From positions 233,624 through 297,623 of IMG/VR virus record IMGVR_UViG_3300027771_001853: a stretch of 64,000 nt of DNA, one strand, 5' to 3'. A program made the position numbers and the translations under genes. Of the stretch, positions 37,633-46,138 are shown piece by piece. A model generated the notes under the pieces. That model searched no databases and had not been told where the DNA came from. It saw nothing but the letters and a program-made list of their open reading frames with translations. Positions within the stretch are counted from its first letter, which is position 1, and the number at the start of each line of letters is the position of its first letter.

Positions 37633-38181
37633 ATGAAATATCCTAAACTTGTACTTTTACTTTCACTATTAATAACTTTTACTTCTTGTGAAAAAAATGA
37701 ATTCGATGATTACCCACAACCACCAACCACAGTAGATGTTGATTCTGACAATACTAGTGTCGTAACGGACGATTACCCAAACCTTAGTGGTAAATGGTTA
37801 TTATATGAGGGTATAAGATATACACACACTGAGGGTATGGCCTCTACTGATACCTACGATGTAACAGAATACGATGTAAACGGATACGAAAATGTTTATA
37901 ACTCACCACAAACACCATTAGATAGCGTGTCTGTTAATAACACTGTTTGGGAACTCACTTATAACGATTTGTTAGTTAATTACCAATATAATTTTGTATA
38001 CGTTATAGGTAACTTTAATAATACCGTAGAAATAAACACTGGAGGCACAAAAAGAATATTCACAATCCTAGAGTACGAAAACTTAGGAACTGAGTTAAGA
38101 ATTAAAACTGCTAACCAAGAATGGTTAGATAATGGTGTACCTAAGTACCAGTTTAGTATCTTGAAATTTTATAAGATTTAG
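37633..38181 (+). CDS. lipoprotein, lipocalin-like
   Basis: Signal MKYPKLVLLLSLLITFTS-C followed by EKNEFDD; LSGKWLL motif. Confidence 0.75.
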   Translation: MKYPKLVLLLSLLITFTSCEKNEFDDYPQPPTTVDVDSDNTSVVTDDYPNLSGKWLLYEGIRYTHTEGMASTDTYDVTEYDVNGYENVYNSPQTPLDSVSVNNTVWELTYNDLLVNYQYNFVYVIGNFNNTVEINTGGTKRIFTILEYENLGTELRIKTANQEWLDNGVPKYQFSILKFYKI

Positions 38182-38327
38182 GTATCGTCTCTTTCGAAGT
38201 AGAAATCTTTTCGGTCTTCATCTTCTTCTAAAGTTTCTAATACCCCTAAACATCTTTCTACTAATGCCCAATCTTCTTCTTGTATGGCTGTTTTAAGGTC
38301 GTCTATTAAGTCTGTAATATAATTCAT
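38178..38327 (-). CDS. 49-aa acidic hypothetical protein (not in ORF track)
   Basis: MNYITDLIDDLKTAIQEEDWALVERCLGVLETLEEDEDRKDFYFERDDT. Confidence 0.5.
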   Translation of the reverse strand: MNYITDLIDDLKTAIQEEDWALVERCLGVLETLEEDEDRKDFYFERDDT

Positions 38328-38374
38328 ATTTATTTTTCTCAATATTAAATATAGATTATATTTAAAAAAGTACT

Positions 38375-39442
38375 TTAAATAAGCATACTATTTTTAAAAA
38401 CGTAATATTCTATGAGTGGTTTGAGTATTTTCTTGTCTTCATTTATTGTGGTTCTAATGAAAGATGATTTTGGAAATATGTAAGATTTACGGTCACTACC
38501 GGATTTAACATCCACGTCGTTTTTAAATACTAGTTTTTCACCGTCATACTGTCCACCGTTACCAACAAACACATAAAAATCTGGTCCGTTAGGTGGTTGG
38601 AGGTATGGTTTAGAGTTACCCACTTGTGTTACCACATAGTCCCCATTAACGGCATTATTTACATCACGAAATGGTTTTACTTGAAATCCTTGTGGTACAC
38701 CATCTAATATTTGTGTAATATCTATTCCCTTCTTAACGTCATCCTTATCTCCGTGACACGCACCTATCCATTCTCCACCTCTTGTAGAAATATCCTGTAA
38801 ATATGTTAAAGCTTCGCCCTCTCTAATGTCCCCGTCTACCGTAGTATGTTGTATCATACATAAAATATCAGAGTAGTATTTTCCATCCTCACTAAAAAAG
38901 TCTTTATATGTTGGTGTCTTTATAGTTTTACTTTCTCTTTCTATTTGTTGACTTACCACCCTATCCCCAGGTCTCATATATTGTCCACTAGCTTCCATTT
39001 CTTCCGGACTTAGATTTGGTATGTCAGAAACCACCTCTTCTTCTGTGGTTACTTGGCCAGTAGTTAATGTTTCTCTTAATAAATCTATATCTACCTTATT
39101 GTTATATACCACATTTAAACCTAATGAGTCTAACACATTAAGAATGTAAGCAAAAACATAGAAATGATTATCCACTCTATTTAATATTGACCATGACCTA
39201 TCTTTATTAACCACCCCAAACCTATAGGCTTTATTACCTTTAGCTTCAAGACAAGGAGTAGTGTTGGTCCATCTATCCAATGGTTTATAAATGTTTTCTG
39301 TGAAACCCAGTAAAAGTTTTCCAAAAGCCCTTAGGTTGCCTAAGTTTTTGGCTTTTGTATAATTCCACTTACTACCAGCATTTCTAACAATAGTTCCAGC
39401 GGGACTACAATTTTCTATTCTTTGTTCGTTAATTATCTTCAT
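38375..39442 (-). CDS. protein with C-terminal PD-(D/E)xK-like nuclease motif
   Basis: DDVKKGIDIT...GFQVKPF; short MKIINEQ leader. Confidence 0.55.
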   Translation of the reverse strand: MKIINEQRIENCSPAGTIVRNAGSKWNYTKAKNLGNLRAFGKLLLGFTENIYKPLDRWTNTTPCLEAKGNKAYRFGVVNKDRSWSILNRVDNHFYVFAYILNVLDSLGLNVVYNNKVDIDLLRETLTTGQVTTEEEVVSDIPNLSPEEMEASGQYMRPGDRVVSQQIERESKTIKTPTYKDFFSEDGKYYSDILCMIQHTTVDGDIREGEALTYLQDISTRGGEWIGACHGDKDDVKKGIDITQILDGVPQGFQVKPFRDVNNAVNGDYVVTQVGNSKPYLQPPNGPDFYVFVGNGGQYDGEKLVFKNDVDVKSGSDRKSYIFPKSSFIRTTINEDKKILKPLIEYYVFKNSMLI

Positions 39443-39446
39443 ACGT

Positions 39447-39716
39447 TTAATTACTCAATTTAATCCAAACATCAGCCTCGTCCATAATATCTAAAGTCCT
39501 ACCATTATCCCATTTCACCACATATTGTTCTCCCCAAGGTGTTTTTTGTATGCCAATAACTTTCCCTTCACTATTAGCTGGGACAGCTGTTGGGTCATCC
39601 ATATACAATAACCTAACTCTATCATTTATACTCAATTTTTGATTAACTTCCATCTTGGCAGTTCTTTCACCAATCTCATTTATTAATGTTTGTGTTAGAC
39701 CAAATTTATTCTTCAT
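39447..39716 (-). CDS. DUF4314-like protein
   Basis: DRVRLLYMDDP.AVPANSEGKV.G.......YVVKWDNGRTL. Confidence 0.7.
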   Translation of the reverse strand: MKNKFGLTQTLINEIGERTAKMEVNQKLSINDRVRLLYMDDPTAVPANSEGKVIGIQKTPWGEQYVVKWDNGRTLDIMDEADVWIKLSN

Positions 39717-39775
39717 AGAGCGTTTTACACATAAATAGTTTGATAAGTTGTTTAATATTATTTATCATTGATAAT

Positions 39776-40120
39776 ATGAATAGATATATCTTAATTTCCA
39801 TACTGCTTTTCTTTTTAGCACAAACTATGGTTTGGTTACAATTAAACGGCCAATTCGTGTGGACTTCTTTTCGTAAATACGAATGGGTTTTAATTCTTTT
39901 TGGGTTACCTATTAGTTGGTTGTTTCTAGAAGCTACTAGACATGGTGTAGCTGCTTTTGATGGGTTACTTTGGCCACAAAGATTTATTGCGTTCGCTTGT
40001 GGTATTGTTATTTTTACTTTTTTTACTTGGGTATTTAAGGGTGAAGGTATTAATACTAAAACCCTAATTTCTTTGTGTTTGGCAAGTTGCTTAGCGTTAA
40101 TTCAGATTTTTTGGAAGTAA
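39776..40120 (+). CDS. small multi-pass membrane protein (SMR/EamA-like size)
   Basis: Four hydrophobic segments; start reassigned to MNRYIL. Confidence 0.7.
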   Translation: MNRYILISILLFFLAQTMVWLQLNGQFVWTSFRKYEWVLILFGLPISWLFLEATRHGVAAFDGLLWPQRFIAFACGIVIFTFFTWVFKGEGINTKTLISLCLASCLALIQIFWK

Positions 40121-40122
40121 TT

Positions 40123-40503
40123 CTATCTTAATCGACCCGAAAATCCTCCAGCTGAACCAGCTGATGTAGCTTCCTTAGTCTCAACCTCATCCTCATCGTC
40201 TCTTGTTATAGAAACTTCACCATTTTCAGATTCAAAGGCTGCTTTACTATTATTAACTTGATGGTTTTTATATTCAGTAACATCTAACTCATTGTTAAGG
40301 GTAATACCTCCACCATCCACAGCAAGACCATGGTTATCTTTATATTGTTTTAACATCTCAGTAACTTTTTCAGCGGAGTTAATTCTTTGGTTTTCGTGAA
40401 TATGCAATTCTCTAATTCTATCTTCTTCAGATTTATTATTAGTAAAATTATTAGAGTTTTCTTTATATGTATTGAACTTAGGTCCTGGTATTATTGCTGT
40501 CAT
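40123..40503 (-). CDS. hypothetical protein
   Basis: 126 aa, ends KEATSAGSAGGFSGRLR; upstream TATTTAT. Confidence 0.65.
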   Translation of the reverse strand: MTAIIPGPKFNTYKENSNNFTNNKSEEDRIRELHIHENQRINSAEKVTEMLKQYKDNHGLAVDGGGITLNNELDVTEYKNHQVNNSKAAFESENGEVSITRDDEDEVETKEATSAGSAGGFSGRLR

Positions 40504-40601
40504 AGTATATTCTTTTTAAATAAATATACGTGAAGTATAATATAGTCTTTATTGTCTTTTCAAATTGTTGACTTAGATTACAATATAGAGTATAACATAT
40601 A

Positions 40602-40760
40602 ATGTATAAACAAGTTGTGGTTAAAGGTTATTTTAGAAAAAACGGTACCTGGGTTGGGGAACATACCCGTAGAATAAAAGCATCATCTAAAATTGTGTTT
40701 GTTACCCTTAAAGACATTAAAACTGAAAATCCAAATCAACTAAGTATTAATTTTGAATAG
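40602..40760 (+). CDS. 52-aa basic protein with VxGYxRKNGTxVxxHxR motif (not in ORF track)
   Basis: MYKQVVVKGYFRKNGTWVGEHTRRIKASSKIVFVTLKDIKTENPNQLSINFE. Confidence 0.6.
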   Translation: MYKQVVVKGYFRKNGTWVGEHTRRIKASSKIVFVTLKDIKTENPNQLSINFE

Positions 40761-40786
40761 TTAAAAAAATTCACTACCCTTACACT

Positions 40787-41110
40787 ATGATACCACACGT
40801 AGACGAAAAATATCTATCGACAGGAAAATTAATATCAACCCCATGGAGGTATGTGGATACTGAATACTCAAAACCGTACAATGTAATGTTTTTGGTACAG
40901 GAAAGAAGGAATGTACACGACATGGGTAAAACAGATGTTAGTTATTGTGAATTATTAGGTTACAAAAATTTTAATAAATTCAAAAAGGTAATACACGAAC
41001 AAATGAAATGGTACGAACCTAAATTGTGTGAATTACATAAGAAACATTACCCGACTATAAATAAAATAAACGACATCATATATAAATTAAGTCCTTGGAG
41101 ATGGCAATAG
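40787..41110 (+). CDS. hypothetical protein
   Basis: 107-aa ORF. Confidence 0.6.
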   Translation: MIPHVDEKYLSTGKLISTPWRYVDTEYSKPYNVMFLVQERRNVHDMGKTDVSYCELLGYKNFNKFKKVIHEQMKWYEPKLCELHKKHYPTINKINDIIYKLSPWRWQ

Positions 41111-41171
41111 TTAAGTTTTTAACAGTCCTATTGTTTTTATATTTTTTGTATATTTGTTTAACTAAAGAAGA

Positions 41172-41426
41172 TTAGTCCCAGAATATTATCTTACCCAATA
41201 TACCTATAAGGACAATCCAAATAGACCATAATGTTTTTTGACTAAACTTTCTAAACGCTGTATTCTTATTGACTCTTGCTATCGCACCATCGTCAGGGTT
41301 AAGTAATTGTTTCTTAATCATAGTTAAATCGTCTTGCATTTTGGACTGTCCGTCCCTTAGATGTTGTACATCTTTTTTTACAAGTTTTATCTCACTAGCT
41401 AGATTTTCGTTTGTTAATCCGGGCAT
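41172..41426 (-). CDS. coiled-coil plus C-terminal TM protein, XhlA/holin-like
   Basis: Heptad N-half and LWSIWIVLIGILGKIIF tail. Confidence 0.5.
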   Translation of the reverse strand: MPGLTNENLASEIKLVKKDVQHLRDGQSKMQDDLTMIKKQLLNPDDGAIARVNKNTAFRKFSQKTLWSIWIVLIGILGKIIFWD

Positions 41427-41450
41427 TAATTTTTTTTTAATAAATACTCC

Positions 41451-42146
41451 TTACCTTGGTCTTTGGTTAGATTTATTACGAGTATTTGTCTTATTTATCC
41501 TATTTGTGTTTGTTTTTTTAACATTAGTACGAGTATTGGTTTTAATAACCTTTGTATTGTTGGACCGATTACTGTTAGTTTTTACTCTAATAGGTATTAT
41601 TTTATTATCAATATTTCTAATCGTTGTTCTATTGGGGGTAAAAGTTACCTTAGTTCTGTTTGTTTTAACTCTAACATTGCCTCTCCATTTGGTAGGTACA
41701 TTTGAGTTACTTATAACTTTTACTCCTGTGGTATGAACATTGTTGTGGTTATATGTTAAGTTTGTTTTATTGTTGTGTCTCCAATTACCTCTTGGTCTGT
41801 AGACATACCCACTATTACCTAAGTGACAATGTACGTGTGTGGTAATGTTGTAATAATAAGAAGGTGTGTGGTTGTAGTAATACCACCAAGGGTAGATATG
41901 TCTATACCCGTAGTAGTAATAGTACCCACTGTGGTATCCCCAATATGGTGAATCGTTATAATAATAAAGTCCAGCTATAGGTGCGTAATTAACGTTAAAA
42001 TAGTCTAGTTCATCCTCACCATGGTAAGAGGTACCACCATAACTTCCTCCATAGACAAGACAACCAGATAATAAAGTCACTAAACATGTTGTTATAAAGA
42101 ATACCACTAATACTCTCGATATTGTTATTTCATCCCAATTTTTCAT
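41451..42146 (-). CDS. putative lipoprotein with Tyr-rich core and N/T/R-rich tail
   Basis: LLSG-C lipobox, YYYYGYRHIYPWWYYY, low-complexity basic C-terminus. Confidence 0.65.
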   Translation of the reverse strand: MKNWDEITISRVLVVFFITTCLVTLLSGCLVYGGSYGGTSYHGEDELDYFNVNYAPIAGLYYYNDSPYWGYHSGYYYYYGYRHIYPWWYYYNHTPSYYYNITTHVHCHLGNSGYVYRPRGNWRHNNKTNLTYNHNNVHTTGVKVISNSNVPTKWRGNVRVKTNRTKVTFTPNRTTIRNIDNKIIPIRVKTNSNRSNNTKVIKTNTRTNVKKTNTNRINKTNTRNKSNQRPR

Positions 42147-42151
42147 TTTAT

Positions 42152-42415
42152 TTATATTTTAATTAATTTTATTAATTGTTCTGGAGTGTCGAAATCCCTG
42201 TCTACCGCTAAGAATTTAAGTTCCTTGGTGTTACGATTTACCTCAACTATGGTTGGGGTGTACTTAATTTTTTCTTGTTCCCTTACGGATTCCCACTCCA
42301 TCCTATTTAAAGATACGTCTTTTACGGTGTAAGGTACATTATTACTGTCTAAAACCTTTTTTAGTTCATCACAGAATTCGCACCCTTCTTGACTATATAA
42401 GAAATATTTAATCAT
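42152..42415 (-). CDS. glutaredoxin-like protein
   Basis: LYSQEGCEFCDELK (CxxC), KYTPTIV. Confidence 0.85.
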   Translation of the reverse strand: MIKYFLYSQEGCEFCDELKKVLDSNNVPYTVKDVSLNRMEWESVREQEKIKYTPTIVEVNRNTKELKFLAVDRDFDTPEQLIKLIKI

Positions 42416-42496
42416 TGTTGGTCTTTCTAGTTTTATTTGTTACATTTAATTAATAAATAGATTCTATTAATATAATATTAATTAAAAAAGTTTAAA

Positions 42497-42703
42497 ATGC
42501 AAAATAAAAACACAAAGAAGGATAAATTTGTTAGGGATTTAACTCACGGTAATATAGGTGGTGTTTGTGCTGGAATAGCTAATTACTTCGGTAGTAATGT
42601 TACCTTAGTAAGGGTATTATTCATTATGTCATTTTTCATACCTTCCATACCAATAATATTAATATACCTAATTTTATGTATTGTAACACCTGAAAAATAC
42701 TAA
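42497..42703 (+). CDS. pspC: PspC domain protein
   Basis: RDLTHGNIGGVCAGIANYFG....LVRVLF......PIILIYLILCIVTP. Confidence 0.88.
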   Translation: MQNKNTKKDKFVRDLTHGNIGGVCAGIANYFGSNVTLVRVLFIMSFFIPSIPIILIYLILCIVTPEKY

Positions 42704-42704
42704 T

Positions 42705-42929
42705 ATGGGGTTCAATAAAAAACACCTACTCAATGAAAGTGTACTAAAGTTATTAAAGACCGGTGGTTTGGATAGTGTTAGGGAGTGGTTAAAAAAAGCT
42801 GACTCTGTAATCGCTGAAAGTGGGGTATCATCTGAAGTGCTAGACTTGTTAGAGGGTGAAAATTTAACACCAGAAAAAATACAAGATAAAGTAAAAAAAA
42901 TTATAGATAAGGGTAGGGACTTAAACTAA
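42705..42929 (+). CDS. hypothetical protein
   Basis: 74-aa ORF 1 nt after pspC-like gene. Confidence 0.65.
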   Translation: MGFNKKHLLNESVLKLLKTGGLDSVREWLKKADSVIAESGVSSEVLDLLEGENLTPEKIQDKVKKIIDKGRDLN

Positions 42930-44036
42930 AACAACCTCCACTTTACAGAATGTAGATGTGAACTCTATCGTCTCGGAATAAAACTCCCACATCATTTCTA
43001 TAACCTCTAACTGTTCCTCACTATAATTTCTAAATGAAGTTAATTTATTTCTTGCACTTTCTGGAAACAATTCTTGTATAAATGGTTTAACCTCATCTAG
43101 GTTGTAGATAACTTCCATGTTAACTGGTAACCCCAAGTCACCATCTTTATCTATAAGAACCCTAATATCCCAACAAGCATAACCATGTTCACCAAAGTTT
43201 TCGGACTCATCATATAGGTAATCATAATCAACTGGTTCTATTTTAAATTTTAATCTTTCAAAACCCATTTCACTAGTGTCTAACCAATTCATATTCGCGA
43301 ACTTAGTATTCTTAATACCACCAATCCATTCAAGATAGAGGAGAGGGTAAACTACATCCCCAATATTACGAAAATCAGTAAATTCTTCATCAACTCCCTC
43401 ATCACTTATATTAAATAATTTTAAAACACCGAAATCGGCTTTACCAAGTTTATCCCACTGTTTAAAAATTTGTTTTTTATATTCTGGTTTAACAAACTCG
43501 TTAAAATACGCGTCGTCCCCTCCTCCTTCAGCAAATTTGTTTGGGTATTCACCACTATCCTGTTGTTCATTAATACCCACCTTATTCACCTCTTGTTCGA
43601 AGTACGGGGAACGCATAATGGTTGTGTAAGCTTTACGAGTTAAATATTCAAAAAAGTGATTTACATTACCGGTGGACATTTCTTCACCGTTTTCTTGCAT
43701 ATACAACATAGTGAATCTAGTCATAATGTCTCTCATTTTTTGTGAATTATCATGAATATATTTCACTTCTGGGTACCTTTCTTCTAAAAACATCTCGTAG
43801 TCAAAATCTTCACCCTCTTCATCCATAGCATTTAAAATTTCCGCCGCTAGTTCTCGTCTAAGGACATTTTTTCCGTCTGTAAAGAAAGGTGTTAAATTTG
43901 TGGTAATTGTATTATATTTCCCCCAAGTTCTAAGTATGTTAAACCATTTAGCTATTTCTTTTTTATCGGAACCAGTTAAATGTTTTAAAATTTCTCGGTT
44001 GGACCACAGTATTTCTATTTCTTGAGGTAATGCCAT
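42921..44036 (-). CDS. acidic hypothetical protein
   Basis: Start reassigned to MALPQEIE; upstream TATTTATA at 44048-44055; internal INEQQ site. Confidence 0.7.
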   Translation of the reverse strand: MALPQEIEILWSNREILKHLTGSDKKEIAKWFNILRTWGKYNTITTNLTPFFTDGKNVLRRELAAEILNAMDEEGEDFDYEMFLEERYPEVKYIHDNSQKMRDIMTRFTMLYMQENGEEMSTGNVNHFFEYLTRKAYTTIMRSPYFEQEVNKVGINEQQDSGEYPNKFAEGGGDDAYFNEFVKPEYKKQIFKQWDKLGKADFGVLKLFNISDEGVDEEFTDFRNIGDVVYPLLYLEWIGGIKNTKFANMNWLDTSEMGFERLKFKIEPVDYDYLYDESENFGEHGYACWDIRVLIDKDGDLGLPVNMEVIYNLDEVKPFIQELFPESARNKLTSFRNYSEEQLEVIEMMWEFYSETIEFTSTFCKVEVVLV

Positions 44037-44058
44037 ATATTTGTTTATATAAATATAC

Positions 44059-44081
44059 AAAAAAAAGGGACAGAAGTCCCT
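44059..44081 (-). terminator. intrinsic terminator
   Basis: Minus strand AGGGAC-TTCT-GTCCCT followed by T7. Confidence 0.75.
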
Positions 44082-44138
44082 AATTTATTTTATGTTTGGG
44101 TATAACCCTGTACTAAGTATTTTAGCTGTTAGAATTAA

Positions 44139-44384
44139 CTAGCTAATTTCTAGTATGTCTGAGTACGGACCTTTTCTTGTGTCTAGTAAAAATTTGTCAC
44201 CGTTTTGTGTCTGACCTGTCAAATAGTAAGTGAATGCAAATTTACTGGCTCTTATGTTATTTTCATTAATTGCCCCTTCTGACATGTTCCAAACTGAACC
44301 TCTTGTGTTGTAGTCATGACCGTCAGTATTTCCAGCTGGTGCCGCTTGTGGTGGAAATTGTCCGTAGTTGTTATTTAATCCCAT
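44139..44384 (-). CDS. hypothetical protein
   Basis: Start reassigned to MGLNNNYG; upstream TATTTAT. Confidence 0.6.
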   Translation of the reverse strand: MGLNNNYGQFPPQAAPAGNTDGHDYNTRGSVWNMSEGAINENNIRASKFAFTYYLTGQTQNGDKFLLDTRKGPYSDILEIS

Positions 44385-44454
44385 AGTATTTGTTTTTTCT
44401 TTTATAATAAATATCTCCAACTATTAAAAAGTTTGTGGTTGTTATTTACTTTTT

Positions 44455-44751
44455 TTATATTTCTTCCTCTTCTTCGTAATCATACTCATGAGTTACTGTG
44501 GTGTGTGTTGGGTTTTGGTCCTCCTCAGTTGGTTCTTCACCACCTTTAGGTGAGAAGTTTTCTGCTGCGGTAAACCCAAGTCCTGCCATTACTATCCACT
44601 GTAACGATTGAAATAGGTCACTTTCAATTGTAAAATCCCAAAATAAATTTGCTGTGTAACCAATTAACATAAATAATAGACATATAAATGTCACAAATCT
44701 CTTACTAGAGACTTTACCCTCACTACTTAACATATTTTTAAAGAAATTCAT
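44455..44751 (-). CDS. two-TM membrane protein, holin-like
   Basis: MNFFKNMLSSEGKVSSKRFVTFICLLFMLIG...LQWIVMAGLGFTAAE, acidic tail. Confidence 0.55.
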   Translation of the reverse strand: MNFFKNMLSSEGKVSSKRFVTFICLLFMLIGYTANLFWDFTIESDLFQSLQWIVMAGLGFTAAENFSPKGGEEPTEEDQNPTHTTVTHEYDYEEEEEI

Positions 44752-44821
44752 AGTATTTGTTTTTATTATAAATAGCCGTATACTTAAGAAAATAACATTA
44801 TTATAACAAAAAATTAAAAAA

Positions 44822-45001
44822 ATGGCAGTAGAAATTAACATTATGGAAAATGGACCAATTTTGGTCAAAGGAGAAACCATTGTAACAAAAGGTGGTGAAA
44901 AAATAACAGTGGGTGAAAATTATGCGTTGTGTAGGTGTGGACAATCTAAGAAACAACCAATGTGCGACGGAGCTCATAAGGCTTGTGGTTTTAAAGGATA
45001 A
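44822..45001 (+). CDS. CDGSH iron-sulfur (2Fe-2S) domain protein (not in ORF track)
   Basis: MAVEINIMENGPILVKGETIVTKGGEKITVGENYALCRCGQSKKQPMCDGAHKACGFKG; C-x-C-x2-S-x3-P-x-C-D-G-A-H motif complete. Confidence 0.92.
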   Translation: MAVEINIMENGPILVKGETIVTKGGEKITVGENYALCRCGQSKKQPMCDGAHKACGFKG

Positions 45002-45006
45002 AACAA

Positions 45007-45369
45007 ATGAAAACGATTATCTGTGATATAGACGGTACTTTAGTTTCATACAAAAAAGACACTAAGGGTATTGTTACAACACCTCACGACATATTACCGG
45101 GGGTTTCAAAACACCTTAATAAGTGGGAAAATCAAGGTTGTAAAATAATTCTTATTACCGGTAGGAGGGAAAACTTAAGAAAAGTAACTGAGGAAGAATT
45201 AACTAATCTAGGTCTTCCTTTTGATTTACTAATCATGGGTTGTGCTGATTCTGGTAGGGTATTAATAAATGATGAAGGTGGTAAAGTAAAAGCTCACGCG
45301 GTATCTTTAAAACGTGATGAAGGATTTAATGACTATGATTGGTCTGAAGTTGGTTTAAGTAAGGTATGA
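45007..45369 (+). CDS. HAD-superfamily phosphatase (PseT phosphatase-like)
   Basis: IICDIDGTL (DxDGT), ILITGRRE, RVLINDE. Confidence 0.85.
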   Translation: MKTIICDIDGTLVSYKKDTKGIVTTPHDILPGVSKHLNKWENQGCKIILITGRRENLRKVTEEELTNLGLPFDLLIMGCADSGRVLINDEGGKVKAHAVSLKRDEGFNDYDWSEVGLSKV

Positions 45370-45635
45370 AAAAAGAAACAGTGAGAAATATAGAGTTGTT
45401 GGTAAAGGATATCGTGGGTGTTGTGACATTCAAAGAAATCAAAACCCGCATAAATGACGGTAGAATATCGTCACATTTAGAATTACGGTTATGGGGGTTA
45501 TCGAGTATATACACCGACCCAACCTACCTAAAGATTATTTACGAGGCCTTTAAAATTAAAAAATATACTTGGTTAAAGTACCTTAACCCCAGATATTGGG
45601 TACTGTTGTTGGGTTGTTTCTTTGTATTGGTCTAG
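45366..45635 (+). CDS. hypothetical protein
   Basis: 89 aa, start overlaps HAD stop. Confidence 0.55.
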   Translation: MKKETVRNIELLVKDIVGVVTFKEIKTRINDGRISSHLELRLWGLSSIYTDPTYLKIIYEAFKIKKYTWLKYLNPRYWVLLLGCFFVLV

Positions 45636-45786
45636 CTGGTTCTACTAAGATGTTAGTCCCTCTTGTCGTATCTTCTTTAACACTACCCATTCTAGATTTT
45701 AATAAATCTAAATCTTGGGGGGACAATCCTCCTTGTTTTGAGTCTATAAAACCTTTTAACCAATTGTAAAAATCTCTGTGATTCAT
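45583..45786 (-). CDS. hypothetical protein
   Basis: 67 aa MNHRDFYNWLKGFID; follows 45793..46095. Confidence 0.6.
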   Translation of the reverse strand: MNHRDFYNWLKGFIDSKQGGLSPQDLDLLKSRMGSVKEDTTRGTNILVEPARPIQRNNPTTVPNIWG

Positions 45787-45792
45787 ATATTA

Positions 45793-46095
45793 TTATTTAG
45801 TAATCTTCTTTCTGTTCCCATTGTTAGATTTTTCGAAAACTTTCCTAGCTTTACGACTTTCTCTAATTCTTTTAAAATCCTCCTTTTTAACCACATTAAC
45901 AGTATTTTCCTTTTTTGACTCTGTAACTTTCGGTTTTTGTGTTTTATTTTCTGCGGTAACTTTATCAACTATTTTATATAAATCATTCTCATTTAATTTA
46001 ATGGTATCGGACTGTCTTTCTTTTTTTATCCGTTTAACTGTTTGTTCTATAAAGTCTATTAATTCTGTTTCTGTAAGTTGTAATTTCTTTTTCAT
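45793..46095 (-). CDS. protein made of two KLxE leader-like motifs
   Basis: KLQLTETELIDFIEQTV and IKLNENDLYKIVDKVTAE. Confidence 0.7.
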   Translation of the reverse strand: MKKKLQLTETELIDFIEQTVKRIKKERQSDTIKLNENDLYKIVDKVTAENKTQKPKVTESKKENTVNVVKKEDFKRIRESRKARKVFEKSNNGNRKKITK

Positions 46096-46138
46096 ATTTA
46101 AGTTTTTTGATTATTTTAGTTGTTAATACCTAATTCCA

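Noticed and set aside
41149-41156. Plus-strand TATATTTG pointing into the minus-strand holin-like gene as an antisense promoter
   Set aside because: Single 8-mer with no supporting ORF or structure; cannot be distinguished from chance in AT-rich DNA
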